Shown: in pieces, positions 11,987-22,492 of the stretch
Position numbering within the stretch: the stretch's first letter is position 1
How the letters are laid out: every line of letters begins with the position of its first letter
From: Hylemonella sp.
Lineage (GTDB): Bacteria > Pseudomonadota > Gammaproteobacteria > Burkholderiales > Burkholderiaceae_C
Strand: one strand, 5' to 3'
DNA length: 64,000 nucleotides
NCBI RefSeq assembly: GCF_046299695.1
Contig: NZ_JBKBHP010000017.1
Made by a program: the position numbers and the translations under genes
The notes under the pieces: model-generated
The model's input: only the letters and a program-made list of their open reading frames with translations
Database searches by the model: none
Told to the model about the DNA's origin: nothing

Positions 11987-12145
11987 TCAGCGGCTTGCGC
12001 CCGCGCGGCGGCAGGCCTCGCTGCAGTACTTGACCTGTTCCCAGTTCTTCTCCCACTTCTTGCGCCAGCTCATGGGTCGGCCGCAGGCCATGCAGGGCTT
12101 GCTGGGGAGGAACTGTTTATTGCCTTTGTGACTGGAGGAGCTCAT
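11987..12145 (-). CDS. DUF2256 zinc-ribbon protein (52 aa)
   Basis: [32 protein letters not shown] is the DUF2256 signature. It sits 3 nt upstream of phrB. Confidence 0.75.
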   Translation of the reverse strand: MSSSSHKGNKQFLPSKPCMACGRPMSWRKKWEKNWEQVKYCSEACRRAGASR

Positions 12146-12392
12146 GGTGCCGCACGGTCGATGAGCCGCGACTCTAGCCGCGTCGGCGCTGCCTTGCCGT
12201 CGGGCCAGGGCATGCCTCTGTGGCGGGGGCGGGTAGTCCAGACCCGGGCGATACGGCAGGAATACCGTCTTTGCGGACTTATTGGACCGCCGGCACTCTG
12301 GGAGGTGCGGGGGGTGCATTAACATGCACCATGCACGCGTGGCCCGCCCCGGGGGCTTGGCCCGTCGGGTCACGCCGTGCCCTCTGACACAC

Positions 12393-15359
12393 ATGGGTTC
12401 TGCCGACGACAAGGATGAGATCACGCGCCTGCGCGCACAGCTGCGCGAGGCCGAGACACGCCTGCAGGCCCGCGAGCATGACTGGGCGCTGCTGGAGCGC
12501 CAGCGCCACAACACCGAGCTGCTGTTCACCGCCGCCTTCGAGGACAGCCCCGAGGCCATCGGGCTGTCGCGTCTGGAAGACGGCCTGATCGTCGACGTGA
12601 ATCGCGAGTGGCTGGCGTTGACGGGCTTCACGCGTGAAGAGGTCATCGGTCATACGGTGGTGGAGATCGGCCACTGGCCGGACCATCCCACACGCGACCT
12701 GGCCCTGGCGGAGCTGAAGGTCAGCGGCCGCCTGCGCGATCACGACGCCATCGTCTACTTCAAGAGCAAGGGCAAGCGCCTGGTGCGTCTCAACGGCACG
12801 TTGATCGACGTGGCCGGGGTCAGACACATCCTGATGTACGTCAAGGATGTCACGGCCGAGCGCATGGCCGAGGAGTCGCTGCGGGCGGGCGAGGTGGCGC
12901 TGGCCCAGGCCAACGAGCAGCTGGCCGCACAGCTGGACCTCTACACGCTGACCGAGGAACTTGCGCGCGTGGGCCACTGGAGCACGAGCGATGGGGGTGA
13001 GACCATCCATTTCTCGGGCGGCCTGCAGAACATCGATTTCGACAAGATCGGGTCGGTGCGCACCCGCGACCAGGCCCGCGGCCGCATCCACCCCGACGAC
13101 CTGCCGATGTTCATGGCGGCCCGCCAGAGCATGGACGGGCGCATCGTCGAATACCGCTCCGTCCATCCCGACGGCAGCATCTACTGGCGACGCAGCCGTA
13201 TGCGCCGGCACCAGAACAGCGACGGCAGCATCACGGATTTTGGCGTGGTGATGGACGTGACGGCCGAGATGCAGACCGCGCTGGCCCTGCAGGAGAAGCT
13301 GGAGTTCATCGAGAAGCTCACGAGCCGTGTACCCGATGTGCTGTTCCAGTACCAGCAGCGCGAGGACGGCCATGTGAGCTTCCCCTTCATCAACGAGAGC
13401 GTGCGCCGCATGTTCCACGCCACCCCCGAGGAGGTGCGCCAGGATGCGCGTACGCTGTTCGCGTCGATCGAGCCCGAGGATTTGCCCGCGTTGTTCGCGT
13501 CGATGCGCGGCGCGCACCATGACGGTGGGGTCTGGCAGCACGAGTTCCGCGTGCGGCAACCCGACGGTGGCACGCGCTGGGTGCGGGGCAATTCAGTCAC
13601 GGTGCGCGAAGCTGACGGCAAGCTGGCGTCCTATGGCGCGGTGCGTGATATCACCGAGAGCAAGCTGGCCGAGCGGCGCCTGCAGGAGAGCGAGGCGCGT
13701 TTCCGCAGCCTCACCGATCTGTCGTCCGACTGGTACTGGGAGATCGACGAGCAGTTCCGCTTCACGAGTTTCGCGGGCTACCGTGAGGGCAAGTCCATTA
13801 TGACCCAGGCCGACAGCATCGGCAAGACGCGCTGGGAGCTCGGGGCGCTGAACCTGGACGATGAGGACTGGGCCGCGCACCGCCGCGTGCTCGAATCGCA
13901 CCAGCCCTTCCGCGACCTGGAAATGCAGCGCATGGATTCCGAAGGCCAGACCTACTGGGTGGCGGTCAGCGGAGCCCCCTTCTTTGATGAGCGGGGCGTT
14001 TTCAAGGGCTACCGCGGCATCGGGCGCGACATCAGCAAGCGCAAGCGCGCCGAGGACGAGACCCAGCGCCTGGCCTTCTATGACACGCTCACCGGCCTGC
14101 CCAACCGCCGCCTGCTCATGGACCGGCTGGCCCATGCCCAGGTCACGAGCGCGCGCAGCAAGCGCTATGGGGCCTTGCTCTTCATCGACCTGGACAACTT
14201 CAAGGACCTCAACGACACGCTGGGGCACGACGTCGGGGATCTGCTGCTCGAGCAGGTGGCGCTGCGCCTGGTGTCCTGCCTGCGCGAAGGCGACACCGCC
14301 GCGCGCTTCGGCGGCGACGAGTTCGTGGTGATGCTCGAGGATCTGAACGAGAGCGACGCCGAGGCGGCCAGCCAGGCCGAACTGGTGGCCGAGAAGATCC
14401 TCAATCGCCTGAACGCGCCCTACGCACTGGTGGGACGCGAGCACAGCAGCTCGCCCAGCATCGGCATCACGCTGTTTTCCGGCGCCATGCTGGGGGTGGA
14501 CGAGCTGCTCAAGCGGGCCGATGTGGCGATGTACCAGGCCAAGGCGGCCGGGCGCAACACGCTGCGCTTTTTCGACCCGCAGATGCAGGCGGCCGTGCTG
14601 GCGCGTGCCGCGCTCGACGCCGATCTGCGCACGGGCTTGCAGCGCGAGGAGCTGCTGCTGCACTACCAGCCCGTGGTCGACGGACGCAGCCGGATCCTGG
14701 GTTACGAGGCGCTGCTGCGCTGGCGTCATCCCCGGCGCGGGCTGGTGTCACCGGCCGAGTTCATCGCCCTGGCCGAGCAGAGCGGCCTGATCCTGGGTAT
14801 CGGCCGGTGGGTGCTGCGCACGGCCTGCCGCCAGCTCGTGGCCTGGGCCCGTGAGCCGGCCACGCGCGAGCTGAGCCTGGCGGTCAACGTGAGCGCACGC
14901 CAGTTCCGGCAGAACGACTTCGTGGCCCAGGTGCAGTCGGTCCTGGAGGAGACGGGCGCCGATCCGCAGCGCCTCAAGCTCGAGCTCACCGAGAGCGTGC
15001 TGATCTCTGACGTGGAAGACGCGATCCGCAAGATGGGGGCGCTGCGCGAGCGCGGCGTGCGCTTTGCGCTGGACGACTTTGGCACCGGCTACTCATCGCT
15101 GAGCTACCTCAAGCGCCTGCCGCTGGACCAGCTCAAGATCGACCAGGGTTTTGTGCGCGATGTGCTGACCGACCCCAACGACGCGGCCATCGTGCGCACC
15201 ATCCTGGCCCTGGCCCAGAGCATGGAGCTGCAGGCCGTGGCCGAGGGGGTGGAGAGCGAGGGGCAGCGCCAGTTCCTGCTGGACAATGGCTGCACCGTGT
15301 TCCAGGGCTATCTGTTCGGGCGACCCGGGCCGCTGGGGCACACGGTCGTCCCTGCCTAG
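12393..15359 (+). CDS. Multi-PAS GGDEF/EAL c-di-GMP signalling protein
   Basis: Coiled-coil N-terminus and several PAS/PAC-like repeats. GGDEF ([11 protein letters not shown]) and EAL (YEALLRW...[10 protein letters not shown]) motifs are present. The start is uncertain (ATG 12393 preferred; 12324 possible). Confidence 0.85.
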   Translation: MGSADDKDEITRLRAQLREAETRLQAREHDWALLERQRHNTELLFTAAFEDSPEAIGLSRLEDGLIVDVNREWLALTGFTREEVIGHTVVEIGHWPDHPTRDLALAELKVSGRLRDHDAIVYFKSKGKRLVRLNGTLIDVAGVRHILMYVKDVTAERMAEESLRAGEVALAQANEQLAAQLDLYTLTEELARVGHWSTSDGGETIHFSGGLQNIDFDKIGSVRTRDQARGRIHPDDLPMFMAARQSMDGRIVEYRSVHPDGSIYWRRSRMRRHQNSDGSITDFGVVMDVTAEMQTALALQEKLEFIEKLTSRVPDVLFQYQQREDGHVSFPFINESVRRMFHATPEEVRQDARTLFASIEPEDLPALFASMRGAHHDGGVWQHEFRVRQPDGGTRWVRGNSVTVREADGKLASYGAVRDITESKLAERRLQESEARFRSLTDLSSDWYWEIDEQFRFTSFAGYREGKSIMTQADSIGKTRWELGALNLDDEDWAAHRRVLESHQPFRDLEMQRMDSEGQTYWVAVSGAPFFDERGVFKGYRGIGRDISKRKRAEDETQRLAFYDTLTGLPNRRLLMDRLAHAQVTSARSKRYGALLFIDLDNFKDLNDTLGHDVGDLLLEQVALRLVSCLREGDTAARFGGDEFVVMLEDLNESDAEAASQAELVAEKILNRLNAPYALVGREHSSSPSIGITLFSGAMLGVDELLKRADVAMYQAKAAGRNTLRFFDPQMQAAVLARAALDADLRTGLQREELLLHYQPVVDGRSRILGYEALLRWRHPRRGLVSPAEFIALAEQSGLILGIGRWVLRTACRQLVAWAREPATRELSLAVNVSARQFRQNDFVAQVQSVLEETGADPQRLKLELTESVLISDVEDAIRKMGALRERGVRFALDDFGTGYSSLSYLKRLPLDQLKIDQGFVRDVLTDPNDAAIVRTILALAQSMELQAVAEGVESEGQRQFLLDNGCTVFQGYLFGRPGPLGHTVVPA

Positions 15360-15368
15360 GGGCCCGAC

Positions 15369-16286
15369 TTATTCGAAATTGCCCTGGTCCCGCTCGTCGC
15401 TGGCTTCGGGGTTGGCCGTGCCGGGCAGGCTGAGCTTCTCGGCGTTCTGGCGCGCCTGGGCTTTTTCACCGGCACCGGCGAACTTGCTGTACTTGTGCAG
15501 GATGGGCACGAGCTGGCCGTAGATGCGCGGATTGCCGGCCAGGCATTCCTTGTGCTCCATGAACTCGGGCTCGCCTGTGAAGTTGCCTACCAGGCCGCCA
15601 GCCTCGGTGACCAGCAGTGAACCCGCGGCCACGTCCCAGGGGCTCAGGCCCGTCTCGAAGAAGCCGTCGGTGAAGCCGGCGGCCACATAGGCCAGGTCCA
15701 GCGCGGCGGCGCCCGGACGGCGCAGGCCGGCGGTGCGTTGCATGACCTCGCCCATCATGGCCAGATAGGTCTGGAAGTTGTCGCCCTTGCGGAAGGGAAA
15801 GCCCGTGGAGATCAGGCTCTGGCCCAGCTGCGTGCGCTTGCTCACGCGGATGCGGCGCTCGTTGAGGAAGGCGCCACGGCCCTTGGTCGCGGTGAAGAGG
15901 TCGTTGCGCGTGGGGTCGTAGACCACGGCCTGCTCGACCTTGCCCTTGACGGTGAGCGCGATGCTCACGCAATAGACCGGGAAGCCGTGGATGAAGTTGG
16001 TGGTGCCGTCCAGCGGATCGATGATCCAGACGTGGTCCGAGTCTTTGGCGCCGCGCGTGCGGCCCGTCTCCTCGCCCCAGATCCCGTGGCCCGGGTAGGC
16101 GGTGAGCAGGGTGTCGATGATGGTCTCTTCGCTGGCGTGGTCCACCTCGGTCACAAAGTCGTTCACCTGCTTCTGCGAGACACGCACCGCTTCGACATCG
16201 AGGGCGGCGCGGTTGATGATGGCGCCGGCGGCGCGGGCGGCCTTGATGGCCACGTTGAGCATGGGGTGCAGATTGGGGGACGACAT
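15369..16286 (-). CDS. suhB: Inositol monophosphatase family protein (SuhB)
   Basis: FVTEVD...[12 protein letters not shown]...WDVAAG motifs. ATG 16284-16286 was checked. Confidence 0.85.
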   Translation of the reverse strand: MSSPNLHPMLNVAIKAARAAGAIINRAALDVEAVRVSQKQVNDFVTEVDHASEETIIDTLLTAYPGHGIWGEETGRTRGAKDSDHVWIIDPLDGTTNFIHGFPVYCVSIALTVKGKVEQAVVYDPTRNDLFTATKGRGAFLNERRIRVSKRTQLGQSLISTGFPFRKGDNFQTYLAMMGEVMQRTAGLRRPGAAALDLAYVAAGFTDGFFETGLSPWDVAAGSLLVTEAGGLVGNFTGEPEFMEHKECLAGNPRIYGQLVPILHKYSKFAGAGEKAQARQNAEKLSLPGTANPEASDERDQGNFE

Positions 16287-16411
16287 AAATTGTGAGGCGT
16301 TGAGAACCGGAGCAAGGTGCGCCCGGTTCGGCTGGCTGGAAGAGCAAAAACGCCGTCCGGCGATGCGGGCGGCGACAATAGGCCAGATTCTACCCGTCTT
16401 GCCTGTTTTTG

Positions 16412-17182
16412 ATGCCAACCGACCTGTCCCCTCCTGGATTCCGCACCCGTTTCGTCCTGATCCAGACCAGCCACGCCGGCAATGTGGGCGCGGCGGCGCG
16501 GGCGCTCAAGGTCATGGGCTTTGACGAGCTGGTGCTGGTGGCGCCACGCTGGGCCAATGTGCTGCGGCGCCAGGAAACCATCGAACGCGCCAGCGGGGCC
16601 AACGATGTGCTGGACCGGGCCCGCATCGTCGAGACCCTGGACGAGGCCCTGGAGGGCATGACCCATCTCTGCGCCACGGCCATGACCCCGCGCGACTTCG
16701 GCCCGCCCACACGCGCCCCGCGCGAGCATTTCGCCCAGCTGGCGCAGACGGCCACGCCCGAGGCCGGCACCCAGGGGGTGGCCTTTCTCTTCGGCTCCGA
16801 ACGCTTCGGCATGCGCAACGAGGATGTGTACCGCTGCCACACCTGCCTGAGCATTCCGACCAACCCGAGCTTCGGCTCCCTGAACCTGGCCGCGGCCGTG
16901 CAGCTCATCGCCTACGAATGGCGGCTGGCGCTGGGGGGCTACGCCGTGCATGAAGCCACGGCACCGCCTGTGCGGGCCGACGCGCCCCAGGTGGCCGGCC
17001 TGCTGACGCATCTGGAGCAGGCGCTGGTGGCGGTGGACTTCCTCGACCCGGAGGCGCCCAAGAAGCTCATGCCGCGCCTCAACGCCCTGTTCAACCGCGC
17101 GCAACTGACCCAGGAGGAAGTCCATATCCTCAGAGGTGTCGCCAAGGCCATGCTCGAAACCGCGGCGAAGGCCAAGGGATAA
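16412..17182 (+). CDS. trmJ: SpoU-class tRNA (cytidine/uridine-2'-O)-methyltransferase TrmJ
   Basis: [24 protein letters not shown]...[10 protein letters not shown]...[16 protein letters not shown]. The track start 16409 is TTG; the ATG is at 16412. Confidence 0.8.
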   Translation: MPTDLSPPGFRTRFVLIQTSHAGNVGAAARALKVMGFDELVLVAPRWANVLRRQETIERASGANDVLDRARIVETLDEALEGMTHLCATAMTPRDFGPPTRAPREHFAQLAQTATPEAGTQGVAFLFGSERFGMRNEDVYRCHTCLSIPTNPSFGSLNLAAAVQLIAYEWRLALGGYAVHEATAPPVRADAPQVAGLLTHLEQALVAVDFLDPEAPKKLMPRLNALFNRAQLTQEEVHILRGVAKAMLETAAKAKG

Positions 17183-17214
17183 TCCCCGCAACACGACAAC
17201 GACAGAGTCCCGCC

Positions 17215-17988
17215 ATGTTTTCGCGCCTACGCTCTGACATCCAGTGCATCCTGGACCGCGACCCGGCCGCCCGCAGCGCCTGGGAGGTGCTGACCTGCTA
17301 TCCCGGCCTGCACGCGCTGACGCTGCACCGCGGGGCGCACTGGTGCTGGACGCACGGCCTCAAGTGGCTGGGGCGCTTCATCTCGCACATCAGCCGCTGG
17401 CTCACGGGCATCGAGATCCACCCGGGCGCGAAGATCGGGCAACGCGTCTTCATCGACCACGGCATGGGCGTCGTCATCGGCGAGACGGCCGAGGTCGGTG
17501 ACGGCTGCACCATCTACCACGGCGTCACGCTGGGGGGCACTTCGCTCTACAAGGGCACCAAGCGCCACCCCACGCTGGGCAAGGATGTGGTGGTCAGCGC
17601 CGGCGCCAAGGTGCTGGGCGGCTTCGAAGTGGGTGACGGCGCCAAGATCGGCAGCAATGCGGTGGTGATCAAGCCCGTGCCCGCGGGCGCCACGGCCGTG
17701 GGCATTCCGGCGCGCATCATTCCGTCCAAGGCCGGCGAGAGCGCCGACGTGACCGCGCCCGAGCGCAAGTTCACGGCCTACGGCATCACGCAGGAAGACG
17801 ACCCGCTGAGCCAGGCCATGAAGGGCCTGATCGACAACGCGTCCGGCCACGAGCACCAGATCGCGCTGCTCTGGCAGGCCATCGAAAAGCTGTCGGCAGG
17901 CAAGTCCACCAAGGATTGCGTGCCCGGCGACGCCGCACGCGAAGAGCAGTTCGAGAAGGACAAGCTCAACCAGCTGATCGGCAAATAG
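17215..17988 (+). CDS. cysE: Serine O-acetyltransferase
   Basis: DRDPAARS...YPGLHAL...[44 protein letters not shown] hexapeptide-repeat CysE pattern. Confidence 0.9.
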   Translation: MFSRLRSDIQCILDRDPAARSAWEVLTCYPGLHALTLHRGAHWCWTHGLKWLGRFISHISRWLTGIEIHPGAKIGQRVFIDHGMGVVIGETAEVGDGCTIYHGVTLGGTSLYKGTKRHPTLGKDVVVSAGAKVLGGFEVGDGAKIGSNAVVIKPVPAGATAVGIPARIIPSKAGESADVTAPERKFTAYGITQEDDPLSQAMKGLIDNASGHEHQIALLWQAIEKLSAGKSTKDCVPGDAAREEQFEKDKLNQLIGK

Positions 17989-18255
17989 GGCCTGTTCGCA
18001 CTGATTTCTCAAGATGCGTTGCGGATCAAGAAAGTCATGCGGTAGGCGCGTGGACGCCGCCGGGGTAGCCCCCCGGCAAGTCCGCGCAACACCCCGCATG
18101 ACTTTTTGGGCCGCAACCCGAAGGGAACGGGGTTAAAACCGCGCCACTCGTTGTTGCACTCCTAGCCCAGGCGGCCTGCCTGGGCGTCGTCGCGCGCCTA
18201 GATTGGCGCGGTTTTAATCACGTTCGCATTTGAGAAATCAGTGCGAACAGGCCCC
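17989..18255. repeat. 267-bp nested-palindrome (MITE-like/REP-like) element filling the cysE-eamA convergent intergenic gap
   Basis: Terminal inverted repeats GGGCCTGTTCGCACTGATTTCTCAA (17989-18012) and TTGAGAAATCAGTGCGAACAGGCCC (18230-18254). Internal inverted repeats at 18032-18042/18094-18104, 18131-18146/18204-18219 and 18166-18172/18178-18184. Confidence 0.7.
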
Positions 18256-18258
18256 GCT

Positions 18259-19134
18259 TCAGCGGCGCAGGGCCCGGGCGCCCAGCACGTTGACGGCCAG
18301 CCCGGCCATCACCAGCGCCGCGGCGCCCAGCTTCCAGGCCTGCAGCGGCTCACCGAGGATCAGGGCCGAGCTGCCCATGCCGAAGACCGGGATCAGCAGG
18401 GCCATGGGCGTGATGGTCGCGGCCGGGTGCCGCGCCAGCAGCCAGCCCCAGGCACCGAAGCCGAACAGCGTGTTGCCCAGGGCCTGCCAGAGCACCGCCG
18501 CCCAGGCGGCCAGGCTGGCCTGCGGCAGCGCGTCGGTGATGGCCGTCGTGCCCTCGAACACCAGGCTCAGGAGCAGCAGCGGCGGCACGGCAAACACGCT
18601 GTTCCAGACCATGAAGCCCAGCATGTCCACCTTGCCGATGCTGCGCGAGACCACATTGGCGCAGGCCCAGCACAAGGCGCCGCTGAGCGCCAGGCCCAGG
18701 CCCAGGGGGGTGACGTCGGCCTGGGTCTGGGCAAAGCTTTGCCAGGCGATCAGCGCAAAGCCCGTCGTGGCCAGGGTCAGGCCGGCGAACTGGATGCGCG
18801 GCATGCGTTCGTGCTGCAGCCAGGCCACGAGCAGCAGGGTCATGAAGACCTGGGACTGCATGAGCAACGAGGCCAGGCCCGGCGTGACGTCCGAACGCAT
18901 GGACAGGAAGAGCAGGCCGAACATGAAGCCCATGAGCACGCCATAGCCCACGAGGTAGCGCCAGGCCACGGCCGGACGGCGGATGAAGAAGAGCCAGGGC
19001 AGGGCGCTGAGTGCGAAGCGCAGGGTCGCCAGCAGCAGGGGCGGCAGTTCGCTCAGGCCGAACTTGATGACGACGAAATTGCTGCCCCAGACCGCGACCA
19101 CGGCCAGGGCGAGCAGGAGGTGCGTGAGTGGCAC
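18259..19134 (-). CDS. EamA/DMT-family exporter
   Basis: 291 aa, about 10 TM helices, two EamA-like halves (WGSNFVVIKFGL...). GTG start at 19134. Confidence 0.8.
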   Translation of the reverse strand: MPLTHLLLALAVVAVWGSNFVVIKFGLSELPPLLLATLRFALSALPWLFFIRRPAVAWRYLVGYGVLMGFMFGLLFLSMRSDVTPGLASLLMQSQVFMTLLLVAWLQHERMPRIQFAGLTLATTGFALIAWQSFAQTQADVTPLGLGLALSGALCWACANVVSRSIGKVDMLGFMVWNSVFAVPPLLLLSLVFEGTTAITDALPQASLAAWAAVLWQALGNTLFGFGAWGWLLARHPAATITPMALLIPVFGMGSSALILGEPLQAWKLGAAALVMAGLAVNVLGARALRR

Positions 19135-19189
19135 GGACAGGGCGGGCTGGGGTGGTCACGGGCGGCAGCCCGTGCGCAGGCCTGCCGCT

Positions 19190-20188
19190 TCATTTAAGCA
19201 CCGATTGTGCCACCCAGGCGTAGAGCGGGATGCCCGCCAGGATGTTGAGCGGGAAGGTCACGCCCAGGGACATGCCGAAGTAGAGCGCGGGCTGGGCCTC
19301 GGGTATCGCATGGCGCAACACGGCGGGCACGGCGATGTAGGAGGCGCTGGCCGCGAGCACCATGAGCAGGATGGTGTCGCCCAGCGGTAAGGCCAGCGCC
19401 GAGGCCAGGCCCAGCGCTACGCCCGCGTGCACCAGCGGCGCCAGCAGGGCATAGCCGATCAGCCAGGGCGAGTGCCGGCGCAGTTGGCCCAGGTTGCGTG
19501 CCGTCAGCAGGCCCATGTCGAGCAGGAAGAAGGCCAGCATGCCCTTGAACAGGTCGCCCGAGAAGGGCTGCATGGCGGCCTGCCCGCTCTCACCCGTGAG
19601 CATGCCGATCAGCATGGCGCCAAGCAGCAGCAGCTGGGCGCCGTCGGTGAAGGACTCGCGCAGGATGGGGCCGATGCCCACGGACTGCGGCGGTGTCAGC
19701 AGGGCGGCGCCGTGAGGCGAGGCGATCACGCCCGCGCTGGCCTGCCGGCGCAGGCCATTGGCCAGCAGCACCGCGAGCACGATGGCGGGCGACTCCATCA
19801 GCGCCATGGCCGCAGCCATGTAGCCGCCGTAGGCGATCTGCTGGTTGTCGAGGAACTGGGTGGCGGTGACGAAGGTCACCGCGCTGACCGAGCCGTAGGT
19901 CGCGGCCAGCGCCGCGGCGTCGAAAGGCGCGACGAGGCGGCGCAGCAGGTGGTAGCCCACCAGCGGCACGAGCACGGCCAGCAGCAGGGCGCAGGCCAGG
20001 CTGGTGGCGACCTGCAAGGTCAGGCCCGATTGCGAGAGTGCGAAACCGCCCTTGAGGCCCAGGGCCATGAGCAGGTAGAGCGAGAGAAAGCGCGTGATGG
20101 GCGCGGGGATTTCCAGGTTGGACTTGACGGTGCCGGCCAGCATGCCGAACACGAAGAAGAGGATGGCGGGGTCTAGCAGGTTGTGCAT
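19190..20188 (-). CDS. SbtA-like (sodium-dependent bicarbonate transporter family, COG3329) permease
   Basis: 332 aa polytopic protein beginning MHNLLDPAILFFVFGMLAGTVKSNLEIP, typical of this family. Confidence 0.7.
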   Translation of the reverse strand: MHNLLDPAILFFVFGMLAGTVKSNLEIPAPITRFLSLYLLMALGLKGGFALSQSGLTLQVATSLACALLLAVLVPLVGYHLLRRLVAPFDAAALAATYGSVSAVTFVTATQFLDNQQIAYGGYMAAAMALMESPAIVLAVLLANGLRRQASAGVIASPHGAALLTPPQSVGIGPILRESFTDGAQLLLLGAMLIGMLTGESGQAAMQPFSGDLFKGMLAFFLLDMGLLTARNLGQLRRHSPWLIGYALLAPLVHAGVALGLASALALPLGDTILLMVLAASASYIAVPAVLRHAIPEAQPALYFGMSLGVTFPLNILAGIPLYAWVAQSVLK

Positions 20189-20273
20189 CGGTTGGCTCCA
20201 GTGCCCGAATCATGGGGGAGCGTTCGATGAAAGTAAAATCGATAATCATCGGCATATCCATAGAGATTTATCT

Positions 20274-21182
20274 ATGAACGTAACTTTTCGCCAGCTGCGC
20301 CTCTTTCTGGCGCTGGCCGAGACCGGCAGCGTCAGCGGCGCGGCGCGCGCCATGCATGTGACCCAGCCCACGGCTTCCATGCAGCTGCGCGAGATCAGCG
20401 AGGCCGTGGGTCTGCCGCTCTACGAAGTGGTGGCGCGCCGTGTGCACCTGACCCAGGCCGGGCTGGAGCTGGCGCGCACGGCGCGGCGCATGGCGACCGA
20501 GTGGGAGGCTTTCGGCCAGACCGTTGACGGTCTCAAGGGGTTGACGCGCGGCCGGCTGCGGGTGGCCGTGGTGAGCACGGCCAAGTACTTCATTCCGCGC
20601 CTGCTCGGTCATTTCTGCAACCAGCACCCCGAAGTCGATATCTCGCTGGAGGTGCTCAACCGAGACGGCGTGGTCGGTCGCCTGCGCGAGAACCTGGACG
20701 ACTTCTACATCATGTCGCGGCCGCCGGCCGAGCTGGATCTCGAAGACCAGGTCTTTCTGCCCAATCCCCTGGTGCTGATCAGCAGCGCCGCACATCCGCT
20801 GGCCCGCAAGCGCAGCCTGAAGCTGCAGGACCTGCGCGGCCTGCGCTTCATCCTGCGCGAGCAGGGGTCAGGCACCCGCCTGGCCACCGATGCGCACTTT
20901 CTCAAACAGCGCTACACGCCCGATCTGCGGCTGGAGCTGGGCAGCAACGAGGCCGTGCGCGAGGCCGTCGCCGGTGGCCTGGGGCTGGCCGTGATCTCGG
21001 TGCATGCGCTGGCCACCAAGCCCGCCACCCAGGGGGTGGCGGTGCTCGATGTGCAGGGCTTTCCGATTGCCTCGCAATGGCACATCGTCTATCCCAGGGG
21101 CAAACGCCTGTCACCGATTGCCGAGGTGTTTCGCCAGCAACTGGTGGCCCAGGCCGGGCAACTGCTGCCGCAGGTGCGCTGA
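20274..21182 (+). CDS. LysR-family transcriptional regulator (CbbR/CmpR-like)
   Basis: MNVTFRQLRLFLALAETGSVSGAARAMHVTQPTASMQLREI HTH. Divergent from the SbtA-like gene. Confidence 0.85.
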   Translation: MNVTFRQLRLFLALAETGSVSGAARAMHVTQPTASMQLREISEAVGLPLYEVVARRVHLTQAGLELARTARRMATEWEAFGQTVDGLKGLTRGRLRVAVVSTAKYFIPRLLGHFCNQHPEVDISLEVLNRDGVVGRLRENLDDFYIMSRPPAELDLEDQVFLPNPLVLISSAAHPLARKRSLKLQDLRGLRFILREQGSGTRLATDAHFLKQRYTPDLRLELGSNEAVREAVAGGLGLAVISVHALATKPATQGVAVLDVQGFPIASQWHIVYPRGKRLSPIAEVFRQQLVAQAGQLLPQVR

Positions 21183-21190
21183 AGCGCCGC

Positions 21191-21781
21191 TTATTTCGGC
21201 GCGCGGATCGCCGACTTGGGACGGAAGGCCTTGCAGACGGCGTCGTCGGTTTCCATGTAGGGGCCGCCGATCAGGTCCACGCAGTAGGGCACGGCCGCGA
21301 AGATGCCGGCGACGATGGATTTCCCTTCAGCATCCTTGAGGCCTTCGAGCGTCTCCTGGATGGACTTGGGCTGGCCCGGCAGATTGATGATGAGCGACTG
21401 GTCGCGTATCACGGCCACCTGGCGCGAGAGGATGGCCGTGGGCACGAACTTCAGGCTGATCTGGCGCATCTGTTCGCCAAAGCCCGGCATCTCCTTGTGC
21501 GCCACGGCCAGCGTGGCTTCGGGCGTGACGTCGCGCAGGGCCGGGCCGGTGCCGCCCGTGGTGAGCACCAGCGAGCAGCCAGCGTCGACCAGCTCGATCA
21601 GCGTGGCGCTGATGCGCGCCTGCTCGTCGGGGATCAGGCGCGGCTCGAAGGTGATGGGGTTCTTCAGCGCGCGCGTGAGCCAGTCCTGCAGCGCGGGCAG
21701 GCCCTTGTCTTCATAGACGCCGCTGGAGGCGCGGTCGCTGATGGAGACGATGCCGATCTTGAGGGGGTCGAAGTTACTCAT
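21191..21781 (-). CDS. mog: Molybdopterin adenylyltransferase MogA
   Basis: 196 aa. IGIVSISDRASSGVYEDKG...VLTTGGTGPALRDVTPEAT...INLPGQPKS. Confidence 0.85.
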   Translation of the reverse strand: MSNFDPLKIGIVSISDRASSGVYEDKGLPALQDWLTRALKNPITFEPRLIPDEQARISATLIELVDAGCSLVLTTGGTGPALRDVTPEATLAVAHKEMPGFGEQMRQISLKFVPTAILSRQVAVIRDQSLIINLPGQPKSIQETLEGLKDAEGKSIVAGIFAAVPYCVDLIGGPYMETDDAVCKAFRPKSAIRAPK

Positions 21782-22433
21782 CACGGTTCTCGGGGGCAGG
21801 TTCTGCGTCGGAAGCGTCAACGGAAGCGAGCAGCTCGCGCACCAGCTGGAAGATCTCGCGGTAGGCGCGGCCCTGGCGCGGCGCCAGGCCCTGCGACACC
21901 TCGGCCTTGCCCATTGGGGGCGCGTCCTTGCGGGCCTGGCGGACCAGGGCGCGCAGCTGCTGGCTGTCGGTTTGCGGGAAATCGGCGATCCACTGGGCCA
22001 GTGCATCGTCGCTGGCGATCAGGCGGTCGCGCCACTGCTCGGCGGTGTGCAGCAGGGCGGTTTCGCGCGCCGAGGGCATGTGCTGTTCAACCAGGGCGGC
22101 ACGCGCGGCCTCGCGCACCTCGGGTTCGAGCTGGCGCATGAGCTTGCCCACGAACTGCATCTGGCGACGCTTGCCCTCGAAGTTGGTGATACGTTTGGCT
22201 TCGGCCAGGGCTTCGAGCAGCTTGTCCGGCAGGTCCAGCTTGGCCATCAGGTCGGCACGCAGGGTCAGCAGCTCTTCGCCGAGCTTCTGCAGCTCGGTGC
22301 TTTCACGCTTGAGGTCGGTCTTGCTGATGTCGACATCGCCCCGGAGCTCGCGCTTGAGCTCCAGGTCGAGCTCGCTGCCCTCGGCGACGAACTGGCCTTT
22401 GACGTAATAGCCTTTTTTGGGTTTGCGGGACAT
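21774..22433 (-). CDS. yjgA: Ribosome-associated protein YjgA/DarP (DUF615)
   Basis: 219 aa, highly charged. The ISKTDLKRESTELQKLGEELL...ITNFEGKRRQMQFVGKLMR pattern fits YjgA. Confidence 0.75.
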   Translation of the reverse strand: MSRKPKKGYYVKGQFVAEGSELDLELKRELRGDVDISKTDLKRESTELQKLGEELLTLRADLMAKLDLPDKLLEALAEAKRITNFEGKRRQMQFVGKLMRQLEPEVREAARAALVEQHMPSARETALLHTAEQWRDRLIASDDALAQWIADFPQTDSQQLRALVRQARKDAPPMGKAEVSQGLAPRQGRAYREIFQLVRELLASVDASDAEPAPENRDE

Positions 22434-22492
22434 GGGGGAATATTTCTGCGGCCCTGGGGGCTGCGTGCACGGGCAAGTATCATAGCCTCGCC

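Noticed and set aside
9207-12056. 949-aa ORF suggesting one giant protein
   Set aside because: Only the C-terminal 412 codons are a coherent photolyase-like protein. The upstream part is an out-of-frame shadow of phrB (10442-11983), which has its own clear frame and start.
12279-13559. 426-aa minus-strand ORF
   Set aside because: Antisense to the PAS region of the GGDEF/EAL gene. No motifs.
20189-20273. LysR T-N11-A operator in the sbtA-like / lysR divergent region
   Set aside because: AT-rich stretches are present (ATCGATAATCATCGGCAT), but I could not find a convincing dyad by eye.
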